A stretch of 64,000 bases of DNA. It comes from Chrysomallon squamiferum. Its lineage: Eukaryota; Animalia; Mollusca. The stretch covers positions 4,340,001-4,404,000 of the forward strand of contig CM022667.1 of NCBI GenBank assembly GCA_012295275.1. The letters are read 5' to 3'. The first letter of the stretch is position 1. Every line of letters starts with the position of its first letter. The notes below the pieces were generated by a model. It was not told the DNA's origin and made no database searches. It worked only from the letters and a program-made list of their open reading frames with translations. Shown here in pieces: positions 43,006 to 56,379 of the stretch. The translations under genes were made by a program, and so were the position numbers.

Positions 43006-43396
43006 CATATATACATAAACACACACACACACACACACATATATATACATATATACATAAACATACACACATACACACACACATATATAGACATATATAC
43101 ATACACATATATAGTTCGACAACCTTCTAAACCTGCGACCAGTAAATACAACAACTCTGGCTCGCAGAACTGGCCTTTTCTTCTTGTCAGGTTTGTCCAT
43201 TAGCAGAGTATGAAGATCACGGTTTGATCACGTTTTGAGTAACGCTCAGCGGATCACGCTTCTGGCTTCCTTCCTGCAAAACTCAGAGACGTGAGCCTCG
43301 CTTCAGGACTCGTTACTTAACATTTGTGGGATTTGTGAAAACCCGTAACGTACATCTCAACAACCTCGTGACATTTAGCTTTCATTTTTTTTATAA

Positions 43397-43492
<96 letters not shown>

Positions 43493-43655
43493 CGCTCGCT
43501 TATTATTTCTTTATTTTTCTTCTTTTGTTTTTATTTACTTAATTTATTTGATTTTCTACCTTTCTAAAATTATTGTGTCAATTTGTTTTTCTGCCAATTT
43601 TCATCCAATTATATTTTTTTCCTCTCTTTCGTTTTTTTTTTTTTTTACTCTGTTC

Positions 43656-43693
<38 letters not shown>

Positions 43694-44100
43694 CTAACAA
43701 ACTATTTCTTTTTATCGTTTTTTCATATTTTTTTTTTCTTCTTTTTATCTTTTTAATGATAGACTGACTTGTAGAGTATCTGATTTCAAAAGATAAAATT
43801 GGAGGTATATTATTGCATTTGCTCGGCAGTAAATGTCTTCATAATTTAAAAGTATTTTAACATGTTATACTTAGAGAAAAAAAATATAAAGAGTAAAAAT
43901 AAGATATAATAATAATTAGCTAAACTAATTTGTGTCATCATCATTATCATCACCATCATCATCATCATCATCATCATAAGCATCACCGTAATTGTCTTTA
44001 TTACCTTTATCGTTATCTTTGTAATCACTGCCTTATTTTTATTATCGTTGTTGTTTGTTTCTGTTATTATTATTTATTGTTGTTGTTTTTGTTACAAGTC

Positions 44101-44136
<36 letters not shown>

Positions 44137-45793
44137 CATCATCATAATCAACAAAGAAATTTTCTTCTTCTTCTTCTTCTTATTTTTGTTGTTGTTGTTG
44201 TTGTTGTACGACAAGACTTATTTTAAATTAATTTGACTGAATATCACTACGAGTACAGAAAGCTGTTTACGACCTAGTGACGTTATGTTGTTGTTGTTGT
44301 TGTTGGTGACGTTGTTGCTGGTGATGTTGGTCCACTGAGCTCAAGAGACGACGTGTCAAACAAACCGCAATTTGTAGCTGACGACAGACACGGCAACGTT
44401 TTAAACAAATCAGCTCCACTGACGTTCGTAATGCTTGGACTGGCCGCAGGCAAACAACGACAGCCACGACCTCGACAACCATCCTGCCCCCCCACCACCA
44501 CCACTTTCATTCTAAACGTAATTTAAATATCTTGTTTACTGTTGCTGAGAAAAGTTATTGAAGCGTTGATCTCTGTTTCGACCATCATGAAAGATGACCC
44601 TGACACAGAATTATTAAAAAGTGTTCTTGTCTTAATTGTGTTCGTTTTTCTTGTTATTCTTTCCACTTGTGCTGCTTTCCTTGTTTTTCTTTCATCATCA
44701 TCGTTAGTTTGTTTCTATTTATTGGTTTTGTTTTTGTTGTTTTTATTGGCTAGTTTTCTCATCTTTTTTATTATATATATTTTTTTTTTGTTATATTATT
44801 ATTGTGGGATTTTTTTTCATTATTATTACTCTCGCTGTTGTTGTTGTCGGCATTGTTATTATTACTTTTATTGTTATCGTTAGTAGTAGCAGAAGTAGTA
44901 TGTAATAGTTTTAGTAGTAGTAGTAGTAGTAGCGAAGGTGGTGATGGTGCTGGTAGCAGTAATGGAGGCAGTACGAGCAACAGTAGAAGTAGAAGCTGAA
45001 GTAGTAGAAGCAGCAGCAGCAGCAGTGGTAATGGTATTTAGCAGTCGTAGTAGTAATGGTGGTGGTTATATATAATGTGGTTGGCTATAAGCTAACATCT
45101 GTGTTTATACTAATAATAATGATCTCTGTTGAGGTAATAAATAGGAATTTCTGAAATACGTTTATTGCATTGTAGCTAGTAGTTGTAGATGTAGTAGTGG
45201 CAATACTCGTAGGAGTAGTAGTTTTTGGTCGTTGTAATAATAATAGTGTATTAGTTGTAGAAGTAGTAGTAGTTGTTGTAGTACTACTACTAACAGACGC
45301 AGCAGGAGCAGCAGTAACTGCAGTAACTCGTTGACGTAGTTGTGTTATTGTCGATGTAATACGTGTAGTAATTACAGTACAACATGACATTAAAGTTCTG
45401 TCTAACTCGAGACATCGCAATTTCTGCGAGTCTGCCAACGCGTCTGAAGCCATCTCTCTCTGAATGAGACGACAACGCTGTTATTTATTACATTTTCTTC
45501 TTCTTTTTCTTTTCTCAAGCACTTCATTTCAGTTTGTGTTCTAATACTTCAAGTAATGCAAGGCTGGGTAAACTTGAATTCCAGTCAGTAATGACGTATT
45601 TGCACGTGGAGTTTCGAACAGAATGTAAATAAATTGTGATCTCTGACACGTTTCATTTACGATAACAATAATCACGTAACTGCTGTGACGTCATAATCAT
45701 AACATTTACGTAATCATAGTCGGGTAATTATGGTAATGTTATGTTAAAGATTAGACTTTCTTTCCGTCCTTTTTTTTTTTTTTTTTTTTGCTC

Positions 45794-45840
<47 letters not shown>

Positions 45841-46126
45841 TTCAAGATGGTGGAAGTCAAGAAGCTATTACAATCATATAATTTGTATTCTGGGCTGCTG
45901 AGTCGAAAATCAAATTTCGCTAGATATGCGTAACATCTTTAATCGTTAAATTATTAAAAACAAGCGTTCACTCGATTAGCCATGTCCTTATTTCATCATT
46001 CGTGTCTAAGTTTTCTTCTCCAGTAATTTTTACAAATCACTGTGATAATGTGCAGATTATTATTGTTGTTGTTGTTGTTGTTATTTTAGAAAATTCTTCT
46101 TTTTTTTTAAATTTTTATCGTCATCA

Positions 46127-46150
46127 TTATTATTATTATTGTTATTATCA

Positions 46151-46233
<83 letters not shown>

Positions 46234-46267
46234 TTTATAATTGTTATTATTATTATTATTTTTATTA

Positions 46268-46317
<50 letters not shown>

Positions 46318-46335
46318 GTTATTATTATTATTATT
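46127..46335. repeat. (ATT)n microsatellite
   Basis: Long interrupted trinucleotide run. Similar runs at 21654-21725, 32224-32325, 44100-44136, 54578-54621 and 57048-57108. Confidence 0.97.
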
Positions 46336-47059
46336 TATGTTTGTTTCAAATGTACGATACAGACTGAATAAGAAAATTTATAATTTATCGTTGTTCTCTC
46401 TTCTCGTTCATGTTTTTTTTATGTTTTTTCTTTTTCTATTTTTTCTTTTTTTCTTTTTTTCTTTTTTTTCGTTTTTGTTCTAATTAAATGCTCACAACAT
46501 AAAGATGAATCGATAAATATGTTTTTGCTTTTATTCGTTTTATTGTTGTTTTTTTTATATTTTTTTATTTTATATATTTTTTTTATTGTTGTTGGGTTTT
46601 TTTTTTCTACGCTTTCCTTAAAGAGAACACAAATTACTCAGTTTTTGGTTTCTAAAGTACGGAATGCTTCTTCAACATTTCCGTTTTTCAAGTTTTCACA
46701 TCTCAGTGAATTACATAATGATCATTAATTTCTTTTATTTTTTTTTACTTTCTACATCTTTTTTCTTCTTTTAATTTTCCATTTTTGTTACAGCTAATTT
46801 ACTATGCAAGAAAAAAAATACCAATTTGAATTCATTTTCTAGATTAAGGTCGATAAATATTAACTAAAAAAAAAAAAAAAAAAAAAAAAATAGATACACG
46901 ATTTTCATTTTAATTTTTAATTTCTTGATTGTAAAAAGTTCTTTTGTTTGTTTTCTTCTGTATGATTATTGTAGCAGTTTCACAGGAAAAGTGAAAAAAT
47001 AAAATAGTAATAATTAAAAAAACTAGGTTTTTTTTTTCTTTTATTGAATTTTTTTTTTT

Positions 47060-47360
47060 ATTATTATTTTTTTTTTTTTAAATTAAAAAGTTAAAAGAAA
47101 TAAAAGAAAAATGAAAAAGAAAAGAAAAACAGAAAAAAAATCCCTCTATCATTTTCTGGTTATCTCTTAACAAAAACTAAATTATGTTTTAAAAAAATAT
47201 ATATTTTTTCTTTTTTTTTTTTTTTTTTTTTTTCAAATTAAAAAATTAAAACAAAAATGAAAAACAAAAAAAAAAAAAATAAAAAAAAATCCCTCTATCA
47301 TTTTCTGGTTATCTCTTAAATTGTACAAAAACTAAATTATGTTTTTAAAAAAAAAAAAAA
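47060..47360. repeat. Local tandem duplication, period about 149 bp
   Basis: tccctctatcattttctggttatctcttaa...caaaaactaaattatgtttt occurs at 47141 and 47290. Confidence 0.85.
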
Positions 47361-48187
47361 TTATATTTGAGTTGTGAAATAACCTACAGCGTCATTCCTC
47401 AACCAGCAGACAACAACCGCGTCCTGTCTTCAGCCGCTTTTTCTAATCTTTCTCTTTTTCTTTTCAACATTTTTTCATTTCGTTTTTTTTACCACAAAAG
47501 CTCAATAACAGAAGAGAAAGACAAACTGTTTCTGATTTTTTTGTAAAATAAAAAATAAAAATCATGTCTGGTTGCTAATCCTGAACGCGTTTAAAAAAAA
47601 AAAAAAAAATGGCCGTACTAAGAAAACTCTCTTCTTTTTTTTTTCTTAGAAACTGAAATCAGCTTAATCGAGACTGCGATTTTGTATTGTGGTGTTTAGC
47701 ACTCGATTTGTGTAATGCATGGTATTGGATTTTTAAAATAACAGCTTTGCGGAACAATACAGTAGTTACCATAGCTTCTAGCAGCGGTTATTTTGATGGA
47801 TTTGTTAAAAAAAAAAGAGAACTTTCGTGTAATCGTTAAGCGCGGATCGAGGAAAGAATTGCAGAAGTAAATCTTCCTCGCTGATTACGTCTGCTCATCG
47901 GGCGCGAAACAAGAAAGAGTTGAAGGTGGGGGGTAGTGGGGGGGTGTAGCTTAGTCCCTGAAGGTAAATCATCTCAGAAAGAAAAATGTAAAAAAAAAAA
48001 AAAAATGTAAAAGCAAACCGAAAGAAAGAAAGAAAGAAATAATTTTAATTATAATAGTAAATAAGTAAATATAAATATGTAAATAAATAAATAAATACGA
48101 TAGAATAACATGAAATGAGATGAGATGAAAATAAAATAAATCAAATATTAAAAACAACTTTTATAGTCATTTCTTTCTTCTTGTTAT

Positions 48188-48220
<33 letters not shown>

Positions 48221-49489
48221 TAGGCAGTATAAACATTTTTATATCTAATCTTTTCCAGATGAAAAACACATTCACAAACACAAAACATATATACATATAT
48301 ATATATACACACACACACCCACACAAACATACTTACGCAAAGATTTCTGACTCATCCCCGGAATCCGCCTCTTAATCTCCACAGAGGCGTCAATTTCTTA
48401 ATCCGCTATTTTAATTAACTTGTAAAACTTTAAACGTTTCCGCGTTGATATCCGCTGTCTAATTACACAAATAAAATAAAATAAAATAAACACATATTTG
48501 TACTCTACACATTTTATTCTCCGCTCATTTAGAAATCGCTAATACACGCATACGCACACACACGCGCACGCACACACCCACATTCACACATGTAAATATA
48601 AAATCAGAGGATCTCTATTTCGCCTCTCTCTCTCTCTGTATATATATATATAATAACATTTGTATGTATGTATGTTTGTAAACACGTGCAAATACAGTAA
48701 AAACAAGTTTCTCTTACAATGTTTTATATAAATTATTTCGTTCAGGTGAATTAAACAAAAGCACTGAAAAATTAACAAAAATTTTAAATAACTGAAGACG
48801 TTACAGTTAATCTGAAAACGTCCTACACTCCGTCTGAAGTGTTTTTTAAAGATTGTTTCTACCATTGTTTTAATACCTTGTTGTGCTTATATATATATAT
48901 ATATATTACAACGACTACTATTAGTCTGTATGGTGTTTGTGGTGTTTGCTTGTGCTGTGTGTTATAGTAGTGATAGTTGTTGTTGTTGTAGTAGTAATAT
49001 GGCTTGTTTATTATGAGTAATAGTAGTAATAGCAGCAGTATGAGTAAGTGTGTAGTGTTAGTAGTAGTAATAAGGATAAACTGTTTTTTTTATGGTGGAA
49101 ATTAACCAATAATCAATACAAACTCTATCAACTAATTTCTTTTTTTTTTTTCTTTTTTCTTTTTTTTTTCACGGAGAAATAAATACAGACGAACGCAAAA
49201 CTCAGAGATTTTTATGACTTCTGATTTTTTTTTTTTTTTTTTTTTTTTTCAATTTAGCGAGCGGCCATGTTTACTGTGTAACATCAAGTGTTAATTAGGA
49301 TCAGCGTATTATCAATAGAGAGCTTATTTCGATCAAGCAGTTCGCTGAATTTTCAGTCTGGAATACCAAACAGGGTTACATCATTTTTCTGTCTGATGTA
49401 CTTTAAAGAAAAAATAAAAGCTTAGTTTTGATTGTAAGTTCTGGTCTGAACTTTTATTATTAAGTCCACAGAATCATTAGATGTTATAT

Positions 49490-49532
<43 letters not shown>

Positions 49533-49921
49533 CTTATTTATTTATATATTTTTATTTTTATTTTTTTGTATTTTTCATCTCAGAATGAAAGAAAAAAGGA
49601 ATAAAGAGAGAGAAAGATGAAATATATGGCGTTTGTGTCTGTGTGTTTTTACATTTCTGTTCTTACGTGTTTTATATATAAATATACGTTTGCATTTACG
49701 CACGCACACACGCACACACACACGCACACACGCACACGAATAAACAAAAGCTTACAGATTAATAACGGAAAACTATTTTAAGTCTACATTATGCTTCTTT
49801 TTCTTTTTTTTTTTTTTTTTTTTTTTTACTGACTTCTCCATCCTCTAAATCGTCTGCTGTCTTTCTCCATTTTACGTAACACCTGATATTTAAAAAAAAA
49901 AAATTTGAATTAAGAACGCGC

Positions 49922-49987
49922 CTGCGCTCTCTGTTACATCTGTTCTTCGTCGCTGGAAAACAGATGTTCACAGAAACGAGTCTGCAG
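49922..49987. other. 66-nt imperfect hairpin (pre-miRNA-like geometry)
   Basis: ctgcg-ctc-tctgt-t-acatctgtt-c-ttc [gtcgctg] gaa-aacagatgt-tc-acaga-aac-gag-tc-tgcag, about 25 bp paired by hand. No match to conserved miRNAs I recall. Confidence 0.4.
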
Positions 49988-50146
49988 TTTAGTACGCTCG
50001 CTGTTAAACAGCGGACTAAGTCGCATCACGTCGGATCAGTTTCCACAGAACCGGCAAAAGAACCGATGCGAGGTGTTAAAGCAGAATTTTGTATAAATTA
50101 TTGTTGTTGATGTCGCTGTCGTTGTCGTCGTCGTCGACGTTGTTGT

Positions 50147-50159
<13 letters not shown>

Positions 50160-50180
<21 letters not shown>

Positions 50181-50249
50181 GCTGCTGCTACTTTTGTTGT
50201 TTATTGTTATTATTGTTGGTATTGAGTTATTATTAATTTGTTCATTATT

Positions 50250-50282
<33 letters not shown>

Positions 50283-50385
50283 GCTGCTGCTACTTTTGTT
50301 GTTTATTGTTATTATTGTTGGTACTGAGTTATTATTAATTTGTTCATTATTATTATTGTTGTTGTTGTTGTTGTTGTTGTTGTTA
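50160..50385. repeat. 102-bp tandem duplication within (GTT)n/(ATT)n low-complexity DNA
   Basis: gctgctgctacttttgttgtttattgttattattgttggta.tgagttattattaatttgttcattatta at 50181 and 50283. Confidence 0.9.
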
Positions 50386-51948
50386 ACGCTGAAGATGTTA
50401 TTGTCGTTATTCGCTAGTTTTTCGCAGCAAATAAGGAATGGTAGCAGAACTGCAGTTTTGTAGCTGTCGTTGTTAGCGTAGTGCTGATTGTCATTACAAT
50501 TTACATCATCAGTATCGCTGTGCACACGAAACACTTTTTTTCTGCAAGTTTGACTCAGTGAAGCGTTAACACAACGCATTGATTTTGTCATTTTACAACA
50601 CAGTAATTGTACGGAAGTCATATTTGAATTACGAAGTCCTTTTTTTATTTTATATAATTTAACAAAAAGCTGCACACTCTTCAGCGAAAACTTTTTATTC
50701 AGTTGTTACCAAAACAGTTTCATGATTCGTTCGCGTTCTCTCATTCTTTCCGGCATCTCGCTGTTTCGTTGTAAAACAAGAAGATTTGTTTTGTTTTTTT
50801 GTTGTTTTTGTTTTTTTTCTCACAATATTCTGTGCAATCTTCTATTTTGGAGTTTACAAGATATGATGATTTTGGTCTTCGATCTGTCATTTATAGCTTT
50901 TTTTTTTTTTCACTCGTTTTTTTTTGCGTTTTTTTTAAGTTCTTCTATTATTATTTTTTTGTCATTTGATCGTTCCATTGTTGTCTTTTTCTGTTCAGTT
51001 CAACGTCCGTGTTTTTTTTTTGTTTTTTTTATCGTTTGTTTTTTACGTTTTTTTTTTTTTTCTGTTTTATGATTATTTTTTTTTCGCAGTTATTTCTTCT
51101 GTTGACTGTGTTTAAGTGTTCATTGTTGTCAGTGTGTTTTTTCTATTTGGTCTGTGTTATATTTTACTTTCTCTTTGTCTGTTTTATTCAGTGTGTTTGA
51201 GTTTTTTCTCTTGTGGTTTGAGTTTTATTTTTCTGTATTATTCACTGTGTTTGCTTTTTTGTTCACTATTTGTTTTTTTATTCTGGTCTGTATTATTCAC
51301 TGTGTTTGTTTGTTTTTTAGTTTTTTTGTCTGTATTATTCTGTGTGTTTTTGAATTTTATTCTTATCTGTTTAGTTTTATTCACTGTTTGATTTTTATTC
51401 TGGTCTGTATTATTGGACTGTGTTGTTGTGTGTTTGATCTTTCTCTCGTCTGTTCGGCTGATTAATTTGTCTAAGGGCTGCTGTTGTTTTTATAACGAAT
51501 ATTTAAAAATTTCGGCAGAGTATTGATTAATGCGTCGTTATAAGTCATAAAACCCTCGGCAGACAAGGTCTGTTTTTATAATATTAAAAAAAAAAAATGT
51601 TTAGAGTCTTATCTGTGTGTCTGTGTGTCTGTCGTGTCTGTCTGGCAGTTAGCGTCTGATCTAGAAAATCGGGTAATGTGCCAGACGTGGCCAGTGATTG
51701 AAAAGAGACGTCTTCCGTCACAAACACGTAAATGTGACCACGTGCACTACGACGACCTTACAACACGCCAACATCAATATCGATATCAACTCAATGACCC
51801 CCGTGGCCGACGGTCCAAGTACGCCTATCGTGGTATCCATCGTCTTTGAGTTCCGCGAACCCATGTTTATTTATAGCGTGCGGTTATTGAATTTAAAGGT
51901 CCATACAAAAAAAAAAAAAAAAAAAAATTCACTACAGGCGAACAACAG

Positions 51949-52570
51949 TCCAGTTATCTCAGCGTATAATTGTTAACGTTCTTTTGCTGAAATTAATGCA
52001 CGTTTGTTGTGGTCTGGATCCAGATGATAATTGTTATCGTTCGTTTACTGCAATTAATGGTTCAAGTACGGCTTTCAAGGGTAAATTAAGTTAATGGGAT
52101 GTATGAATTTACCACAGACCTGTTATTCGAGATTCCAGACTTACAATTATTATCCACGTTCTTTTGTTTAAAATAATGATCCGTACAAGTTTATTAGGGA
52201 CGAATGATCTAATAATTGTTGATAATTATTAATGATCTCATAATGAAATTAAAGCTTCACGCACGCTTGTTGTGGTCTTACTGTATCCAGACTAATAATC
52301 ATTACCTTTCGTTTAATACTGAAATTAATGGTTCAAGCATGCCTTTCTTGGGTACATTCGTAATCGAAGCCAGTAAGTGTTAACTTGCTTGTTTTATATT
52401 TGTTGTTTCACGCACGTTCATCCAGGGCGCTCGAAATGACAGTCCGGTGAATAATTATTAACTGGTTTGGAATGAAATTAATGATTCAAGTACGCCCGTC
52501 GTGTCTCACTGTCCGAGTAGTTCGACCTGTTATTATCAACACATGCTTTTGCTCAAATTAACAGTTGAAG
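51949..52570. repeat. Ancient degenerate repeat cluster (TCCAG...ATAATTRTTA...TGAAATTAATG.TTCAAG), about 6-7 units
   Basis: Units start near 51949, 52019, 52134, ~52207, 52286, 52443 and ~52520. The block 51987-52083 is clearly paralogous to 52243-52355. Confidence 0.7.
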
Positions 52571-52833
52571 CAAATCTTGGTTTTGTTATACACTCTCGGC
52601 CAGACGAGATTGACGTAGCTGCTGACGTAGTTGCTGGCATCACCATGTTCACAACGTCTAATAACTGATCTAGGTGTTCTCACGTGAATACAAATCAAGC
52701 AGCCCAACATAAATTTACCAGCTCTCGGTTTGCTGGCTAACGAGAAACTGTGATAAATAGAGACACCGTGTCATCTTGTTATTACAGGAAGAGAGAGTGA
52801 AGTGGTGAGAAAAAGATTAATAGACAGTAATAC

Positions 52834-52938
<105 letters not shown>

Positions 52939-53053
52939 ATCCATCTCTCTCTCTCTCTAATTAAAATAGAAGGAAATAATGGTGGTAGTAATAGTAATAG
53001 TAGTATTTATAAAATGGTGACTGTCTATTAGTAATAGGATGAGTAGTAGTAGA

Positions 53054-53087
<34 letters not shown>

Positions 53088-54568
53088 AAATGTCCTTATT
53101 TGACACTGGTTATTATATTTCTAAAATCTCCGGTAACTCAATATAGACACGGCAAATCTCATTGTCATTAATTTTGTTGCTTTCTGAAGCAGTAAGTGTT
53201 ATCACAACATTATTGTTTTAGTTTTGTTATCATTATTTGGTTTTAAAGGAAAAAAGAAATAATTTTATTATGTTTAACTTTTTAATTTTCCATTTTAACT
53301 TCATTACACTCTCTTTTTTTTTATTCATTAAAATTGCATTTCAAAGGAGAGAACTGAAAAAGAAAATCTGCTTGGCAATTTTACCACAATTAGTTTAGTT
53401 GTTTGTTTGTTGTTTTTTTTTTTTTTTTTTTTTAAATTTTATTTTATTATTTTTTTTTTCTTCGTATTCTCCTTCTGTTCACAAAACAAAATTGATTGAG
53501 ATTTCATATTACTGCACATCAGAGACTGACTTGAAAAAAAAAAAAAAACCACAAGAAAACATTTCTGGTAGCAGTAACATGAAATTTCTTTTTACACTAT
53601 CGAATATGATTTGTGAGCCCCGGGCAGCACTTAGATGGTGTAGCCAGGATTATGGGAGACACGTTGGCATGGCAACAAGAGAAGATCCCTCACTGTCCTT
53701 GTTTTTCGTCACTGGACCTCGTTCTCACGCGCTGGTACGGAGAGTGTAACTCACACGTACTCAACAGAAAATGTTCATTCCTAAACACACACATTCATTT
53801 ACCTTAAAAACAAAATATATAATTTTATTTCGATACAAAGTTAATCTTTTTTTATTGTTGGTGGCAATGTCGAAAACCATTTTTGGGGGGTTTCATTTTG
53901 TTTTAAATTCTAACATCACCGACCCATCACCTCCCCACCCATTTCTACTCGAGACTGATGAATGGATGTACTTACAGGGTTATACAAATTAATACGTTTC
54001 AACTCTTGTTTTTCTTGGCCACAAATGACTAATACAAGTCTCCCGTCACGACCTGCATTAAACTTTCCCAAGTTCTGGACCGAACCGGCAATTGGTAATT
54101 CACGTTAATAGATTCTGCTGTGATCTCGTTCTTGGAGGTGGGGGGGAAGAAAAAAAAAAGGCCTTAATAAAGCTTTTTCTGATGAGTTCGAATATTTTAT
54201 TTGTCGATCTATAGTCAAACAGCGTTACCGCGTAGCAATTAATCTTTATTTGTTGGCCAGTGCTAAAAATCAAAAGCGATTTTTCCTCATCAAAAAATCG
54301 GAAGCTGCTCAGTTGACCTTGCTGGACTGATGCGACATGGAGGGGGGGTGTGGGGGCAGATGCTTTCGTTCCTTCCTCCAGCTTTAGTCGTTTACAACTG
54401 CACGCACTTCTTTCATTTCCTTGTTTCAAATGATTATTAGAAGTAATCCATAAACTGGTTTGCTAACGCACGATCTAACGAATGAAGAAAGAAACGAATA
54501 ATTATTAAAATATTTGTATTTTACTGTGTATAACGTGCAGTGGAAATTATGGACAACATTTATAAAAC

Positions 54569-54621
<53 letters not shown>

Positions 54622-55751
54622 GCACCAGCAAAAATAATAATGATAATTATGGTGATGATGATCATTCCTCAATCCTCCCCCACATGTCCATCAATCAACC
54701 CATACAAAAAACGCCCGCTCTACATTTCTGTATTTCTCACAATTTCCTAGAGCAGTAGGTAAAATGCCGCAGGTTCCTCTCCTGGCTTTTTTTATTTTCA
54801 TTTTTATTTTTTATTTTTTATTTTTTTCTTTATGTACTTTATATTTTTTGGAAAAACTGAGTTCTTGAGATTTTTAAAATATCAGTTAATTATCATATTT
54901 CATACTTTTTCTTTCTTTTTTTTTTTTTTTTTTTTTTTTCTTTGCGTTAGGTTTCCTTTGGGCAAAGTATGTACTTTTCAGCAGTCTTGTTTTTTTTTTT
55001 TTTTTTTTTTTCTACGGCTCTGAGATCACTTAGCGGTGTAAGACAGAGTTTAAATAAACGTACGTTCACGCACAGGCACGCACGCAGTGGCACGTGCTAC
55101 ACACATTTTACATGCTGCCATAGCTGATATCCACGAGATCATGAATTAACGTCCACTGAATAAAATAAGCAGGACACAAAAAAGAAAAAAGCATATCTTC
55201 TCATAGACAGTGAAGCAGACTTCGCTCTAACAGCGCATTGGTTGGAATGGTGAAAATTTCAAACCATTATCATACAACGTAGGAGATTAACCCTTATCCT
55301 TCAGCTCAGAAAATTACTCTACCCACTATCCTACATCGTAGAAGATTGCTCTAACTACTATCCTACATCTCAATGCACTGAATGTACTCTAGGTCGGTAA
55401 TTTTTAATCGAAGAGGTTGTTGTTTTTGTTTTTTTTATTTATTTGTTTGATTTTATTTTTCTTACCTTTATTTTTTTTTTTATTATTATTATTTTTTTTT
55501 TTATTCCGCGCGAATGACGTAAACGCTTAATCAAAAGATGCTGGTGATGTTGTTTTTTTTAGTGCTCAGATGTTACTCAACATTAACGGTCGAACGCACC
55601 TCTGTAGCGGTGTGCATTACAGCTCCCGTTTCGCAACCAGCTGCAAGTGTGTTGTTACGCACGGGCTGGCTTGAAACCAGTCTAATTGTACTCGATCGGT
55701 CAGGAGCAGATCTGATTATCCCATTCACCGGCAACGTGTAAGTTAATCACG

Positions 55752-55787
55752 CGAGTTATCCTTTCTTCATTTGACGCCATTAAGTTT
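55752..55787. repeat. Long-range inverted repeat, left arm (36 nt)
   Basis: cgagttatcctttcttcatttgacgccattaagttt is the reverse complement of 57838-57873 at 35 of 36 positions. Confidence 0.95.
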
Positions 55788-55894
55788 TCCTCTTCACAAT
55801 GTTTTCTTCGTTGTTTTTTTTCTCCTTTTTTTTTTTTTTTTTTTGTTGTTGTTGTTGTTTTTTGTTTTTTTAATACTTTTTAAAAATTGTTTTA

Positions 55895-55936
<42 letters not shown>

Positions 55937-56130
55937 TTATCTCTCATTTCCGTTCTTTCTTCTTTCTTTCAATTTCCATTAGCTTCTTCTACCTTCTTCT
56001 GTATCTTTTGTTTCAAAAATAAGTAAATTAACTATATAAATAAAGTCATTCAAAAGTTTCACAAATACGAAGATGAAAAATACGGTGTACATAAAAACAC
56101 ACACATACACAAACACAACCACACACATTC

Positions 56131-56184
<54 letters not shown>

Positions 56185-56277
56185 ATACACACACACATGG
56201 TCTTGTAAATTAATACTTACATAATTAATACTTTTTAATAACAACAATTTATTTGTTAATTTTTTGGTGAGACAAAG

Positions 56278-56362
<85 letters not shown>

Positions 56363-56379
56363 CTAAGAACTAAAAACAA

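Noticed and set aside
47829-47889. Hairpin with a cgaggaa/ttcctcg core
   Set aside because: Short helices with large internal loops; not distinguishable from background without folding statistics.
55119-55140. Similarity of catagctgatatccacgaga to miR-1993
   Set aside because: The seed region does not match and no precursor hairpin is evident. By-eye searches for let-7, miR-1, -2, -7, -8, -9, -10, -31, -71, -124, -184 and bantam found only short chance matches.
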